Source of the DNA: Lama guanicoe
Taxonomy: Eukaryota
Assembly: GCA_013239625.1 (NCBI GenBank)
Contig: MU054323.1
Location: 10,447,186 to 10,511,185, forward strand
Length of the DNA stretch: 64,000 nucleotides
Direction of reading: 5' to 3'
The notes under the pieces were generated by a model. The model was not told the DNA's origin. It made no database searches and worked only from the letters and a program-made list of their open reading frames with translations. Position 1 is the stretch's first letter, and each line of letters opens with the position of its first letter. This document shows positions 49,871 through 63,320 of the stretch, one piece after another. A program made the translations under genes and the position numbers.

Positions 49871-51622
49871 GAGCAGAGACCCCAGGCTGCTTATAGTCTG
49901 CTGACATCCCAGGTGTCCAGCTGCTAGGATTATGAAGGAAAATGTGTTCCCATCTGGGAGTGGCTAGTAATTGGACCACAGTAACAGAAGCCAGGTGGGC
50001 TGAGAGTAACTCCAAAACCTCTGGGGCCTCTCAATGGGGCATAACTTGGGAGCAGCTGGGCTGCTCTGTGGCTCTCAGGGCAGGAAGGCTGATTAATTCC
50101 CTATTGGGTGGTACACCCTGATGGCAGTTTTCTAACCATCTGGGGACCCAGGCCTCACACAATCCTCAGCAGAACTCCCCAGGGCTATCAGGAGGGGAAA
50201 GGGTGTTCAAGGACCTGCTGTTACCAGAGCCGGGGAGGGGCTGCTCCCTGGGTATAAGTCAGATCCTTCTCAGCAGACTCTTGGGGCATCATCAGCTCCA
50301 GAACAAAAATGCTGTCTAGAGATACTTGAACTGTTTTGAGGGCAGTGAGTTCCCTGTCACAAAAGCTCAAATAAACTGCCAACCGCTTGGCAGAAGCTTC
50401 AAATACCAGCTGGAAGTTGTATTAAATGTCCTAAAAGTCTCCTTCCTGCTAGAGTTCCCTCTGGTTCTGGGGAGCTTGGGAGGAGCTCTGTGTTGGGTCA
50501 GGCACTCCTGACATGACTGGAATTCTGTTCTGGGCCAAAAATCTTGAAAGGACATTGGGCCCTCTGCTACCTATGCCATCTGTGGTGGCTGGGCTTCAGG
50601 GAGTTACTTCATGCCGATAAATGGGTGCAGGACAAGCCATGGGCAGCAGAGGCCATGCCACACATCAGAGCATTCATGTGATGGCAGAGAAATCATCATT
50701 CCAAGAGGCCAACTCCAGCACTCCTCAGCTCTTTCTATAACATAAGGCAGGGTTTCTATAGCATCCCTAAAGGGAACACAATGAAAGGTCAAGAGGATTT
50801 CAGACTCAAAAGGGAGTAGAGTAATTGCAGAAAAAAAGGAACATTGGTTTGGTTTGGTGCCCGGCAGCGGCCCCACTGGGACTGTTTGCTGGCATCCACC
50901 ACGAGGTGAATGGATATGGAAGAAAACCTGGCCTTTGTGTAACGTAAACGGCTGCAGACATTGTAATAAGGCTCACATGGACTCCTATGTGATCCCCCTG
51001 AAATAATGAATTCTGGTTTGCTACAATTCGTGGTTAGCCCTCCCAGAGCCTGTCCTCTCTGAGAAGCATCTCTCCTCAACTGATGATGTTTAGGGTCAGT
51101 GCTCTCCAGGTGAGGGTGGTCAGGGGAAGTGTCTGTGCAGAGGCTCTTGTAAATCTCCACCAGAGACTGTTCTGGGGTAACAAGACTGGTCTCTTTTCTC
51201 CACGGATAGATTTCTCAGATCAGGAATCAAGCTTTGGGCATTTGATCTCTTTTCCAGTCTGCACACTTCTTGCTTTTCTTATATTATTCTATCAAATAAG
51301 TTACAACAAATACTAATTGCTTTCACTGCTAGGTGAAAACCAAGGGACATAGAACATGACTTGGAGTAACAGGAGGTGATCAGAGAACAAGATACTCACC
51401 AAGGGAAACCAGCAGTGGTCTCAGATATAGACAAGGTGAGTTCATCAGAGGCTAATGTCAGACTTTTCAGAAAACATGGGACTTGGCTTTAAAGATTGAG
51501 CAGGATTTGGAGGGGGCAGGAAAGACTGAGAGAGTTATTTGGATGGGACATTGGGGCAATGGCCCAACTTGTAGCTAAGGAAGTTACCTGAAGTAAGAGG
51601 CAGAAGTATTGGCTAGGATATT

Positions 51623-52258
51623 GGAACCCTGTGAACTGTTGATGTAAAATGGTGCAACCACTATGGCAATAGAATGGGTGGTTCCTCAGAAAATTAGAAA
51701 TAGAATTACCACGTAATCCAGCAATTCCACTTCTGGGTATATACTCAAAAGAACTGAAAGCAGGTCTCAAAGATATATATGTACACACATGTCCATAGCA
51801 GTATTATTCACTACAGCCAAAATATAGAAACAACATCCATTGACAGATAAATGGATTAACAAAATGTGGTTTACAGATGCTATGGAATATTATTTAGCCT
51901 TAAAAGGAAGAAAATTCTGACACATGCTACATCATGGATGAACCTTGAGGACATTAAGCTAAGTGAAGTCAGTCAGTCACAAAAGAACAAATACTATATG
52001 ATTCTACCTATATGAAGTAGCTAGAGCAGTGAAATTCATAGACACCAAAAGTAGAATAGTGGTTGCCAGAGACTAGGGGTAGGGGGAATGGGGAGTTGTT
52101 GTTTAATGGATACAGAATTTGAAAAATTCTGGAGATGTATAGTAGTGGTGGTTGCACAATAATGTAATTGTACTTAACACAACTAAACTGCATTTAAAAA
52201 TACTTTAGATGGTAAATTTTATGTGTATTTTACCACTATTAAATTTTTAATTAAAAAT
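51623..52258 (+). mobile_element. L1MB-type ORF2 end and 3' UTR
   Basis: ATAGAATTACCACGTAATCCAGCAATTCCACTTCTGGGTATATAC...ATGGATGAACCTTGAGGACATT...GGTAAATTTTATGTGTATTTTACCAC. Confidence 0.9.
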
Positions 52259-52974
52259 TATTTTTCTTAAAGTAAGAGACAGAATGGCTTCCAAATGCAA
52301 GTCAGGAGGGGTAAGGTTCAATTTTCACTTTCTGTGACTTGAGCGCCAGGCACAGTACCTGGGGCTTAGACGGGCTTCCTGTTTGAGGGATGAAGGAATG
52401 CATGGAACCCAAACACTTCAAGAGAAGCAAGAATTTCTCAGAATAGAAGAAGGAAAGGCAAGCAGGAAGGAAAGACTGAGTCATGACTTGAGGTGTGTCC
52501 CATGGTAGAGTAAAGGCCACTGAAATCACTCAGCTAATGCTTCTGCAGGCCTGCCTGCCAAGCCACCTGCTAATTATAATTGGAGGTTTTAGCTGTCCAT
52601 GTGGATCTGCCCGTAGGCAGAGAACATATTTGTTGGCCAGAGAGGTTTCTCACCAATCATTATATGTTTTATTGGACATTTAAAAATTAGCATATATGAC
52701 TTAAACGTGTCTTTTAGGAGTGTGGTTTGCCCCAACCCTGAGCAGAGCTGGCCTGGAAAAACTGAAGGTCTGATCTACAACTTGGTAAGTGTACTGAGAA
52801 ACAGCCACCCTGCAGGGCCTTGCTGACTTTCTCAAGAACTGAGAATCATTCCTACCATCACTCACCAGGTGAGCAAGGAGAGCAGAAGGTGCACTCGGTC
52901 CCTCTAATTATTCTCACCTCCAGTCCCAATTAATGCATATGTGTGGACGTTCGGATGCCTTTCCTTTAGACCCT

Positions 52975-53110
52975 TGCTAATAAGCAAAGTGCTTGTAGCA
53001 GAATTAGCATCGCCTGGGAACTTGTTACAAATGTAGATTTTCAGCTCCATCCCTGACCTATTGAAACAGAATCTGGATTTAACTAGATTTCTGGGTGGTT
53101 CTTACACACA
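52975..53110. mobile_element. MER5A1-like MITE
   Basis: GCATCGCCTGGGAACTTGTTACAAATGTAGA...GACCTATTGAAACAGAATCTGGATTTAAC. Confidence 0.7.
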
Positions 53111-53320
53111 ACAAACTATCTCATTCCTGTCTCCCACGCTTGCCCAGCCATGGGAGTCATCGGGGGTGTATTATTAAAGAGATTCCCAGGCTCCTCCTCT
53201 CTTGGTGATTCAGATCCAGTAGTGGAAGTGGGATGTGAGTAGTGTGTGCAGGTACCACCACGTGTGAACGGTCAGGAAAGAGGGATACTTAAGTCATGCT
53301 ATAAAAAGACACTTGTTCCT

Positions 53321-53323
<3 letters not shown>

Positions 53324-53363
<40 letters not shown>
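53324..53363. repeat. Perfect (AC)20 microsatellite
   Basis: 40 bp of uninterrupted AC. Confidence 0.95.
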
Positions 53364-53364
<1 letters not shown>

Positions 53365-54619
53365 AATGTGTCAATGGCGATGTGTGGGAGGCTTCCTTAC
53401 AATGAAAACTTCTAGAGGAAAAGGGCACTGAATTTTGTGAATGTTTATAAGCAACTTGTAGCAAATTTGGGGTATTCAATATTTACATAACAATTCTCGC
53501 TGTGACCTTTCCCAGCATTACTGACTGCAGTTTCCTCTCTCACTGAAGCATCTTCACCACATCCCTGGTTTCCCCTGATACATTAAAGGAAACTCATTTT
53601 TAAAAAACGCAGCCAAGATAGAAAGACTTTAAAGAGAACAGGGATTCCTTCAACCATGGAGAAGGCTGTTTTAAGAGTAAATTAGATCAGCAAAAGCTTT
53701 CTGTACTTACTTGTACAATCCCTTTCAGTCTCACCTATTCGCATGCTTTTCACTGAATATAAAGTCTGAAATGTGGAAGAAAAAGCCTTTCTACCGTTGA
53801 GGTAAGTATCTCACTCTGGGTCCTCATGATCCTTGGAAAAATTCATAAATGAATTCTTATCCCTGCACTGATTCATCAAAGAAAAGTGGCTCACCCTAAA
53901 TTGTGCAAAAATCAAGGTCATATAATTGGAATCTAGTTCCAATATATCTCTAATAGAACGCATTTTACAATAACTAAGAAAACGTTTTAGGTAAGACTTT
54001 TTTGGGCTTCAGAGAGCCAGGAAGAAAGAAGGTAGTGGTAGGGGCGGGAAATGGATACTCGAGGGGGCTTTACTTGCAAGGTAATTGTTATCTGTTTGTT
54101 TTCACGTTTAGTATTTGTCCCTTTGCAATCAGAAGAAGAAAGACCAAGCAGTGGCTTCAGTCACCACTCCCCGCTCCAAGTTTCCCTATAGGGTCATGGG
54201 TGTAACGGAAGTTCCTACACTGGGTCTGGGCCAACGTGACCAGTCAATTCCCTGACATTCCTGTGGCTTCTCTTGAAGGAGAGGTGGAAAGGCAGCTGGG
54301 GTGAGCAGAGAGAGGGAAGCCGATGTGCCTTTTTCTTCTCCTACTTGGGCAGTGACAAAAAGCCTGGGGCTCCTTTAATTAATTTCTTCATCTGCTCTGG
54401 CAAGGATGAAGTACACCTAATAACTGACATTCTTAAGACCCCTTTAAGAGTCCCTGGTAGCAAGTGGTTGCTATTTCAAAGCATAAAAATATTAGTTGAG
54501 GGAATCAATAAATGAATAAATCACTATTTGTTTAGCACCTGTCATGTGCTTAGTACCTTATCAGTTACAAAGGTGTGCAAAATAAGTATAAAATGGCCCC
54601 AGCTGGAAGGAGGCTATGT

Positions 54620-54860
54620 CTACAGTGCTTAAGAACAGGCTTTAGAACTCCAAAAGAACTGAGAACTCAGAACTCACAAAGACCCAAGTTCAAATCCCAG
54701 TTCTACTGCTTTACAAGTTACTTAATTTCCCTTAGCCTCAGTGTCTTCCCTGTAAACTGAAGTTAGTAGTATTTACTTTATAGAATTTTACAAGTATTCA
54801 ATATGTACAATATTTATAAAGTACTTAACTTATAGAAAAAACTCAGTAACTAGTAGCAAA
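54620..54860 (+). mobile_element. MIR SINE
   Basis: GTTCAAATCCCAGTTCTACT...AAGTTACTTAATTTCCCTTAGCCTCAGT. Confidence 0.7.
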
Positions 54861-55254
54861 AGGACAGTAAGAACAGTCCTGTTTGGGGAAATCAGAAACA
54901 CTTACACAAAACAATTTACGAACAAAGATAGCACTGGCAGCTGACAGACTAAGGAAACAAAGAATTGAGTATCGCAACCTACAGGCATTATCTGGTGGGA
55001 CGGGACACTGGAGTATCATTTAGTTTAGTTAGTTGTATGGAGTTGGAAAAAAAAAGAGAACAGAGGGGGCTGAAGTCTCCTGGGAAGCTGTCATGAGGGA
55101 GGCAATTCATGAATCAGGGGCTCCATCCTGACTTGCCAGTCAGACCAAGGGCCAGTGGGACACAAATAAGTGGCCTTGATTCCTCTGTCCCTCCAGCAGC
55201 CACTTCTCACCAGCTCCAAGCTAACTGCCTACACGTGCACACCCACTTCCACAT

Positions 55255-55580
55255 CTCTTAATGGCCATCTGTATATCTTCTTTTGTGTAGTGTCTATTAA
55301 AGTCCTTTGACTTATTATATATATATAATCTCAAATATTTTCTCCTATTCTGTGATTTGGTTTTTTAATTTCTTTTAAATAGAATCCTTTGAAGAGCAAA
55401 AGTTTTTAATTTCGATAAATTCCAACTAATCAATATTTTGTTTTATAGTTTATGCCTTCTTTTCATGTGCTAGGAAATCTTTGCTTATCCAAGTTTGCTG
55501 AAATTTTCTCTATCTTTTCTTCCAGAAATTTTATAGTTTTAGATTTTACGTTTAGGTCTATGATTCATTACCAGTTAATT
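55255..55580 (-). mobile_element. L1 ORF2 fragment (old)
   Basis: GGCCATCTGTATATCTTCTTTTGTGTAGTGTCT...GAAGAGCAAAAGTTTTTAATTT...TTTTACGTTTAGGTCTATGATTCATT. Confidence 0.8.
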
Positions 55581-55619
55581 TCCTAAGCATTTTAATGCAT
55601 TCTCATTGGCTCCAAAGTC

Positions 55620-56582
55620 ATGCCAACATGCCAACAACTCCCAGATTTTTTCTCTGAGCTCCAGAGCCCCATGTCCACCTGCATATCCATTTGGATGTTT
55701 ATAAAATTCTAAAAACTCCATCTCCAAACTAAAATTTCTACTTGCCTCTCTTTACATGTGCCTCCTTCATTTTTGCTTGTTTTAGTGAATGCCTCCATCC
55801 ATCCAAATGATTGGTCAAGGCAAAATACCTTCCTTTCTCTCCTACCTGTACCCAGTCTGTCACTAATCTTGTCCATTGTACCTTGTACACAGATATGAAC
55901 AAGCCTGTTCACGTCTCTCTGTACCTCGCTTTCTGATTACAGGACTACCTTTCTTGTCCTCTGGACAGCTGCAAAGGTCTGAGATCTGCATACACTCCTG
56001 CCTTACCTCTAGTTCACTCACAGTCCTATCCTTTAAACTCTGTATCAGCTTTCCTCGGCTCTTAAGATAAAGGTTGTGATCCTAAATGTGCCTGACCCCT
56101 TCTCTGCCCATTTTTCTCCTCATACTTTCCCCCAGTAAGGTCTCTCTTTACTTTCAGGCCCAGATGCATCAGTTTTCCTTGAATTCTTTAAAAATATCTC
56201 ACCTTCAAGGTTTTCATATGCTGTTCCCACTCCCAGAAAGAGTCTTGTCACTTGTCATATTACTGCTCTTTCTTCAGACTTCTGTTGAAATGCCACTTCC
56301 TCCAGAAGGCTCCTCTGATCCCTTGGCCAGGGTCAGGTCCCCTCTTCTAAGAGCTCATTAAAGTCTACACTCCATCATGTATCACTATGGTAACTGCACG
56401 ATTATACATGTAATTAGTAACGTAATGTTTATTTTCACTTCTAGAATGCAAGATTCATAAGGACAGCAATTGTTCCTGCTTGTTCTCAGCTTTTTCCCCA
56501 CCATCTAGTACATTTCCCTGCATGCAGCAGAGGAATACTTATTGAGATAAGTATTTAGTGAATAGATGAATGAATGAATGAA
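55620..56582 (+). mobile_element. L2 LINE 3' ~1 kb
   Basis: AACTCCCAGATT...TCTGAGCTCCAGA...AAATGCCACTTCCTCCAGAAGGC, with a terminal (TGAA)n at ~56565-56582. Confidence 0.8.
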
Positions 56583-57689
56583 GACAAAGAGAAAGAGGGG
56601 TGGGGGTGGGCCAGGGGGCAAGATCTCACCAAGACCAGGATCAGAATGGAATCATGTGGTTGTGGGAAACACGTTTGTTGATTTTCTTTTTGAATCAGGA
56701 ATCAATAAATAATTTTCTTTCCCTAGTCATGAAAGCAGGCAATTAATTATAGCTGAGACTGACACTGCTCTCATCAAAATCAACCTGTAACCAGCTTTAG
56801 AAGAGTATGGTAAAAGAGTTTCAGTACAAAAGATGCAGATGTAACTCTGAATTCTCTGATCACAGCGGCTTCCTGTTTAAAAGCAATTAAGTGCTGATAT
56901 CAAAGGCATTAGCAAGAGGGGAAAGTTCAATTAGAGGAAGACATTTTCATAAGTCAACTGGAAAAGAGAGAGATTTTTGTCACTTTTCCTCTAGAGCTTT
57001 TGGAAATCCTATTCACACATGGGAACAGCCAGTTCAAGCCTGACTGAGCAGAGCTGAGGAGAGCAGGGTCTGGTGATTTCAGTGGGAGTGCAGGCAGTAA
57101 GAGAGCTGGAGTAGGTCCCAGCTCAGCATGACTTCCCACATGGCAGAACGCATGCTGACTTCCTTATTTCCATCCTGCCTCAGTTTATCCGATAAGACAT
57201 TTTGTATGCATCCTTCCCCCTTAGTGGTTTGTTATTAAATTTTGCCTATAAATAGAAGGAAATGACTAAGTGCACTGCTGGAGACTTGATTAGAGTGCAG
57301 ATCTGACCCATCTTCCCCTCTCCTTCCCCACTCACATCCTCAGGACACTGGGCTTTGCAGGAGACTTCTTTCCTGCTCCCACCAAAAGCATGTGTTTGTT
57401 TGGTTCTCATCTTTCCCAAAGGGCAGCACCACAGGTTAGGCTTTGCATAGCATCCTCCTCCCAGGCCCTAAGGGTAGCTGAATTAAGGCGCCCACTTCTC
57501 CACCCTGCAGGGAGTGGTGTGTCCCTGGGTAGGTGGTGGAGGGGCTATTTCATGCGGAGCAGTCTCTTCTCATGGTTGTTTGTCCCTATCCACCTGACAT
57601 GTCAATGGACAGGGTCACCTGTGAACTCTCCTGTGAGGGGGGGTGGAGACCCTTCTTCACGTTTCTTTTGGAGCGGTCATCTCATACAA

Positions 57690-57910
57690 TATGGTGGTCA
57701 TGGGCTCTGGAGTGAGACCCTGTGGGTTCAAATCCCAGCTCTGATCATTATTAGTGGGACTGTGGGCAAGTCCAGCATCTTCATCCATAAAATGGGCTAA
57801 TAATGATGTGTTACCCCACAGAACTATGGTGAAGATTAAATAGGTAAATATAGGTAAAGGCTCTTGGAACAATGCTTGCCATGTAGTAAATGCTATACAA
57901 GTGGTAGCAG
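57690..57910 (+). mobile_element. MIR SINE
   Basis: GGGCTCTGGAGT...GGGTTCAAATCCCAGCTCTG...CATCCATAAAATGGGCTAATAAT...GTGAAGATTAAAT. Confidence 0.8.
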
Positions 57911-59329
57911 TGGTCTTCACGCACTGTTTTCTATGTCTGGTCAGAGAGTCTACTGTTTTTGGCCTGCTTAGCACAAAGGAATGAGATACTCTTCCTTATC
58001 ATCTACTCATGCTCAGAAATCAGCATGACAATATTACTGAGTTCTATTTGGAAATATTTCTCAGTCAACAAATATTTATCAACTACCTACTCTGTGTTAG
58101 ACAGTGTCTTGAACTTTGTAGACACCAAAATTAAAGCCCAGTTACATCTGCATGAAGTTGGGGCTCTACTGAGAGAAACGGCAGAAATGCATAGTTGTGG
58201 TTTTCCATGAGATTGGAGCTGTTACTTACAAAGGACTTTGAGGCTAAGAGAGAAGGGACACACAAGGACAGAGATGTCCGGGCAGATCTCCCTGAGAAGA
58301 TGCTTTCTTTACAATCCTCATAGTTGAGCACCTAAGGCTTTAAGATCTTAATTATGGCATTATACAATGGATATTTTATTTATCTAATGCACCATCGTAT
58401 CTCTGAACATAAAATGAAAATAGACTGAATAGATTCAACCACCTTTCACTGAGGAACTGTGCTAAAGGCTTTCACAAACATTATATCATTTAGCCAATTC
58501 TCTATGAGGACGTCCAAATTTCTTCAGAAACCAGGATGCCAGATGGGATAATTTTTTGATGGATGGAGTCCATTACCAGTTTAGGCCATGAGCCCAGGTG
58601 ATTGAAAAAGCATAAATCAGGCAATTGTCCTGGTATTGCCACTCTCTCCAATTTTTAAACTTTCTGCTACTAATGGAGATATTACCTGACTCCTCGATGA
58701 TAAAAGAATTAGCTCATCAAATCACCACATGATCATCTGGATGCAGCTTTTCTTCTACACTGGTTCCAGAGCACTGTTTAATTTTTACACTAGAGAGGCT
58801 TAGCTGATGTCCTTTGTTTCTTTGTGTGTGCTCTATTTTATCGCCAAGGACTTCTGGCTGCCTGATTTGTGCTTAAACCTAGATGTTGTGTGTGTGTCTG
58901 ATGGATGATGAGAGCAAGAGACACTCTCCTCCCGTCGTCTCCTACTCCCGGCTGGGTTTCGCTCTGAGATCACCAAGTCAAACTGAGTTTGTCAATCAAG
59001 TTCCCAAATCTGAGCTCTTAAAAGATTTCACCTAGTTCAAGCCTTCCCTAGAGGGATGGAAAATAAAGCAGGGCTGGTGACGGGTTACAGGGTTCCCTAG
59101 TTCCCTTCTGTGAAGTCCGGCAGCAAGGAATGAGTCAGAATAGTCATGAGGCTGTCTCCCTGGCACTAACCCCAGACCTGTTTTAAATAACGCATCTAAA
59201 TGTTAATGCACACTTAAGACAACAGTGCAGCTCATACTCTTTCCAAATTGATTCATTTTGCAGTGAGCCTGATGCAATTTACTCAGTATAAAAATGTCTC
59301 TGGCAATTAGGGGAACAAAGGGGCAAAGC

Positions 59330-60357
59330 TGGCAGACCACAAGGATGACAAACAAAGCGAGATGACGTGAAAGCAGGGGCCAGAATTTAATTTCTTTTTT
59401 GAATCAGACATTTTGGGGAATGTCAACAGTAAATAAGAAACGCCTCTTTGCTTGGAAGAGAAACACTGAGGATTCTCCGTTGGAAAAAAAATGATATGAA
59501 TAGTCTAAGATGTGATTTTGATGGAATGCTCTGGCAGCATCCCTGATTCCTAATGGTGTCAACTTTAGGGTGTCTGGGTTTGAAACAGCAGATGCAGCTG
59601 GTGGAAGAGTGAGCCAAGTTTACCCTACATGGTTGGGTGGGGGTTTCCAGATGACTGAAGCAAAAGCCCCTCACCCCTTCACTAGTAAGATTACATTGGA
59701 GGAACGTCGCTCTGGAAAATATGCTATACAAGAAACTAAAATTGTTTAGCCTGGGGCAAAAAGTTAAGAAGAGACATGAAAACTATCCTCAAATGAAAAA
59801 CTGCCTTGTTAGGAAAAAGTAGGTTCATTCTATGCGATTCCAGAGGAGAAAGAGAGGATCAACCAGATAATGGTGAAACAGGAGAAGGGCCTAACGTGTA
59901 TTGTCTGCCCAAATGATCCCAGGTGTCTTGTATACATTATCATAAAACTACTTCATAGGCAAATTGTGGTATTAAATGCAATCTTAGCCTTAGTGCCTAG
60001 AACGTGGTAAACACTCAATACATAAAAGCAATAAACTTCATGAAGATTCTACAAGGTACGTATTACTATTCCCATTTTTATGGATGAGACACCAGAGGCT
60101 TGAAGAAATTAAGTAACTTTTAAGAGACAGTCAATAACTTTCCAAGGTTACAAAGCCAGTGGGACATTAGCTAGCTCTCTAGCAGCTCACGCTGCCCCAC
60201 GGTGGGGTGATCTGCCGTGCAGGATGCTGAGCATCCTGCCGGCTGGAGCCATGAGAACTGAAGTCAGATGGGCTTTGGAAAAGGCCCCTTGCACTGGTGG
60301 TAAAGGGGTTGAATTCAATTACTCTTAAGGTTCTTTGATGCTTGATAATTCTATGAC
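59330..60357 (+). mobile_element. CR1/L3 3' region interrupted by MIR fragments (~59890-60190)
   Basis: TGTTTAGCCTGGGG...AAGAAGAGACATGAAAACTATCCTCAAAT...TCCAGAGG and terminus CTTAAGGTTCTTT...ATTCTATGA are L3-type. MIR core CCCATTTTTATGGATGAGACACCAGAGGCT at ~60070. Confidence 0.6.
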
Positions 60358-61374
60358 GGAAATGTTTTCCAATTTCTGCTAGCTAGACATACCTTTAACC
60401 CATCTTAGCAAAAACAGTTAAGTGGGAATGTGAACTTGGAGAGGTAGCCACAGAAGAAAGGCCAAGGACCCCGTGGTCCATGAACATCCAGTGAAATGTG
60501 AGAGTTTTTCTTTCCATCTGGACTCTAGCTTTGCCAATCACATTTCCTGGTCACATTCCATACACAATGACCCTGCTGCACTGGTTCCCCAAATCCCAGA
60601 GGCCAGTTGGACAAGTTAGACAAGGTGGCAGAAGGTTAATCAAGAAAGCTGATAGACAAGTGGGGGGTTTTAGAAATGGAAATCATCTAGGTCTATTGAG
60701 AGGCTGACCCAGTGGGCACCAAGGGTCTCCCTAGGGAAAGTGACCAGTTTGGAAAGCCCAAGAAAAAGGAGTCTTCTGAGGCGTTCAGGTCAACGTCCAA
60801 TAGAATAACGAATAGACTTTCATGTAATCGGGGAGGAAAGGTAGTCCTGAGAGAAAAACAGAATAATGCAGGGAATATTTAAGAAACAGTTGAAAAGAAT
60901 GCAGTCAGGATCCTTCCTAGTTTGTGAGAAAAGATTAAAAATAAAAACCAGGAGCCAGTGTGCTTAAGTGAGAAGTAAAGATTAGTAGTAAACTAAGAAA
61001 AGGGAGAAACTGGGGGGAAAATACCAAGTAGAAGTCTCTTTGGAAGATTAGGAAACATTCAGAAAAATATATAGGAAGTTACCCAAAAAACCTGAGTGGC
61101 TAAAAGAATCACAGAGAGGATAATCAAAAAATACTGGAACCACTTATTTCCAAGGCTAATGTATGGCAGCACTTGCTTAGCAGTGTGGGGTGGTTAGGGC
61201 TACAGATGGAGATAACACAGGCGGAGGACAGTCAATAAATCTGGGGTCGGGTAAGAGGAATAAGTTGTTATAGAGGATAGAGGTAGAATTTTGGTCACAA
61301 GCTTTCTAAATGCACTTCCCCCCCTTAAATCTCAAGTTCCTGAAGAGTTCATGGTTCAATTACTTTGAGAGTCT

Positions 61375-61900
61375 GTTCATTTAACAAGCATTTCTTGTAT
61401 GTATACTGTGAGTCGGGCACTGTCCCGGGCACTGGAGACACAATGATAAATAATGCCCATCCCTATTCTCAGGGAGCCTATTTGGTGAGAACAGATGTGG
61501 TGCAGCGTGGAGAGCTCTGGTGGGGATGCAGAGCAGGCAACGGAAGTCGGTGCAAAGGATGGTGCAATCAACACTGCTTGGAGAGGGTCTGGGGTCTCAG
61601 AAAGGCTTGACGGAAGAGGAGCTAAGAGATTCATTCTTAAAAGAGGGAAAAGATTGTACTTGGTGGTCAGGGAGGAGTGTGTGTTTGCAGGGGATGGGAA
61701 CGAGGGCTTGAAACACTTGCTTCCCTTGGGGGAACTGTGAGTAGTTCGATATAAATGAAGTATGGGTCCAAAAGATGGGGGTGAGCCAGGCTCAAGAGGG
61801 CGAGGCCAGGTCAGGGTCAGTGCTACCCTCACAAGGAGCCCAGGGCTGGACAGGGGTTCATGGAAGGGTTTGAAGCCAGGGATTAACAGCCTGTAGTATT
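61375..61900 (-). mobile_element. L2 3' end
   Basis: TTCATTTAACAAGCATTTCTTG...ACTGTGAGTCGGGCACTGTCCCGGGCACTGGAGACACAATGATAAA. Confidence 0.7.
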
Positions 61901-63059
61901 CACCTGTCAGTTCTCTCCTCAGTGTCTTTATTTGCTCCACTTTGGGACTTAATTAACACCCAGGGAGAGTCACTGAGATTATCATCCTCAAAGACTTCAA
62001 GGAACATTCCACAGAACTAACAGCGCAACACTGAATAAACACTTAGCCCTGGCTTCTCCCTCACACCTCCTCAGATGAACTGAGAGCCCGAGTGGCGCAG
62101 CGGCGCCAAGGAGGAAACAGCACCGCACAGCACAGGGCTCTCTCCTCAGAGGCCCACTGCTAGCCGGTCATTTGAGTAAAGCTGCCCTGTGGGACTGAGA
62201 AAGGCCCCAGACCTCAGGTGACCTGGTGCTTTTGGGTGAACAGTCTCAAGAAATATCCAGGCTACTGGCAGTGGTAGTTCTCATGCCTGGGCTCAGCCTG
62301 CTCAGAAAGCTGTGGCTTTCCTTGTGGCCCCTCCCCTTCTTGTCCCAGACGCCCCCATCGGCAGAGGGAGAGCTATCAGTAATGTGAAAGCAGCGGGAAC
62401 TCTCCCCTCAGAGCTCAGTGATGTAAGATCCTCTCAGGAATAGGCACTGCACCAAATTTGTGTACGGATTTTATAAAGCCTTTTAAATGTGAAATCCCAC
62501 ATCTGATCAGCTCTAAACTAAGGCTTTGAACCATAAATGAATGCATGTCTGTTCTAAAAGGAAGTAGTTCAGCTAGACATGTGAGTGTGGCGCTATAAAC
62601 AAAACGAAAAGGAAAAAAGAAAACTTAGAAGCAGAACAGGTACTGAAAAACCAGGAGGTTTACTCTGAGGCCTGGAGTGAATGCAAGGCTGACCTAGGCG
62701 ATGATGCAGGTCATGGTGTTTCTCTACTCATGTGTTGTCAGCACTGATTACCTAAACTTTTTCCATTACAACTAGAAGAGCCGATGATTCTATCGCCTGA
62801 TTCTGCCTCCTCACAGCAGACAGAGACCTGATACCTGCAGGTGTGGGGGACTGGATGGAACAGAGCTTCAGGAAACAGGAAGCTGAGATCACGTCCCCTG
62901 GATGCACTTTCTATGAACTTTGGCAGGGCCAGGCATATGGCTTTCCAGTTCCTGTTCTCAGGGCTGCCTGCTCTCCAAAATGTGCTTCTTCTGTGGGCTG
63001 AGGCCTTAATCATCACACATAAATCATAATGTATTCTTAATTATTGGGGTTAGGGAAGC

Positions 63060-63310
63060 CCATGTAGAGTGACTGGGAGTGTGGACCATGAAGCTGGACT
63101 ATTTGGGTTCAAATCTAGTCTGCTGTACCGCTGTGTGACTCTAGGTGAGTTACTTAACCCTCCTGAGCTTCAGCTTCCTCACTGTAAAATGCAGGTAATT
63201 AAAGTGCCTCCCTCACTGAGTGGTGTAAGCATAATGTTAAGTGTGATGACATATGGAAGGGACTTGGAACAATGCTCAGCACCACAGAGTAAGCACCAAA
63301 TAACTATTCC
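63060..63310 (+). mobile_element. MIR SINE
   Basis: GGGTTCAAATCTAG...GCTGTGTGACTCTAGGTGAGTTACTTAACC...CTTCCTCACTGTAAAATG. Confidence 0.8.
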
Positions 63311-63320
63311 TCTCTCTCCT

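Noticed and set aside
61377..61940. 187-aa minus-strand ORF
   Set aside because: It overlaps an L2 3' end and has no recognisable motifs.
62115..62137. REST/NRSE-like CAGCACCGCACAGCAC
   Set aside because: The right half-site lacks GGACAG and the spacing is non-canonical.
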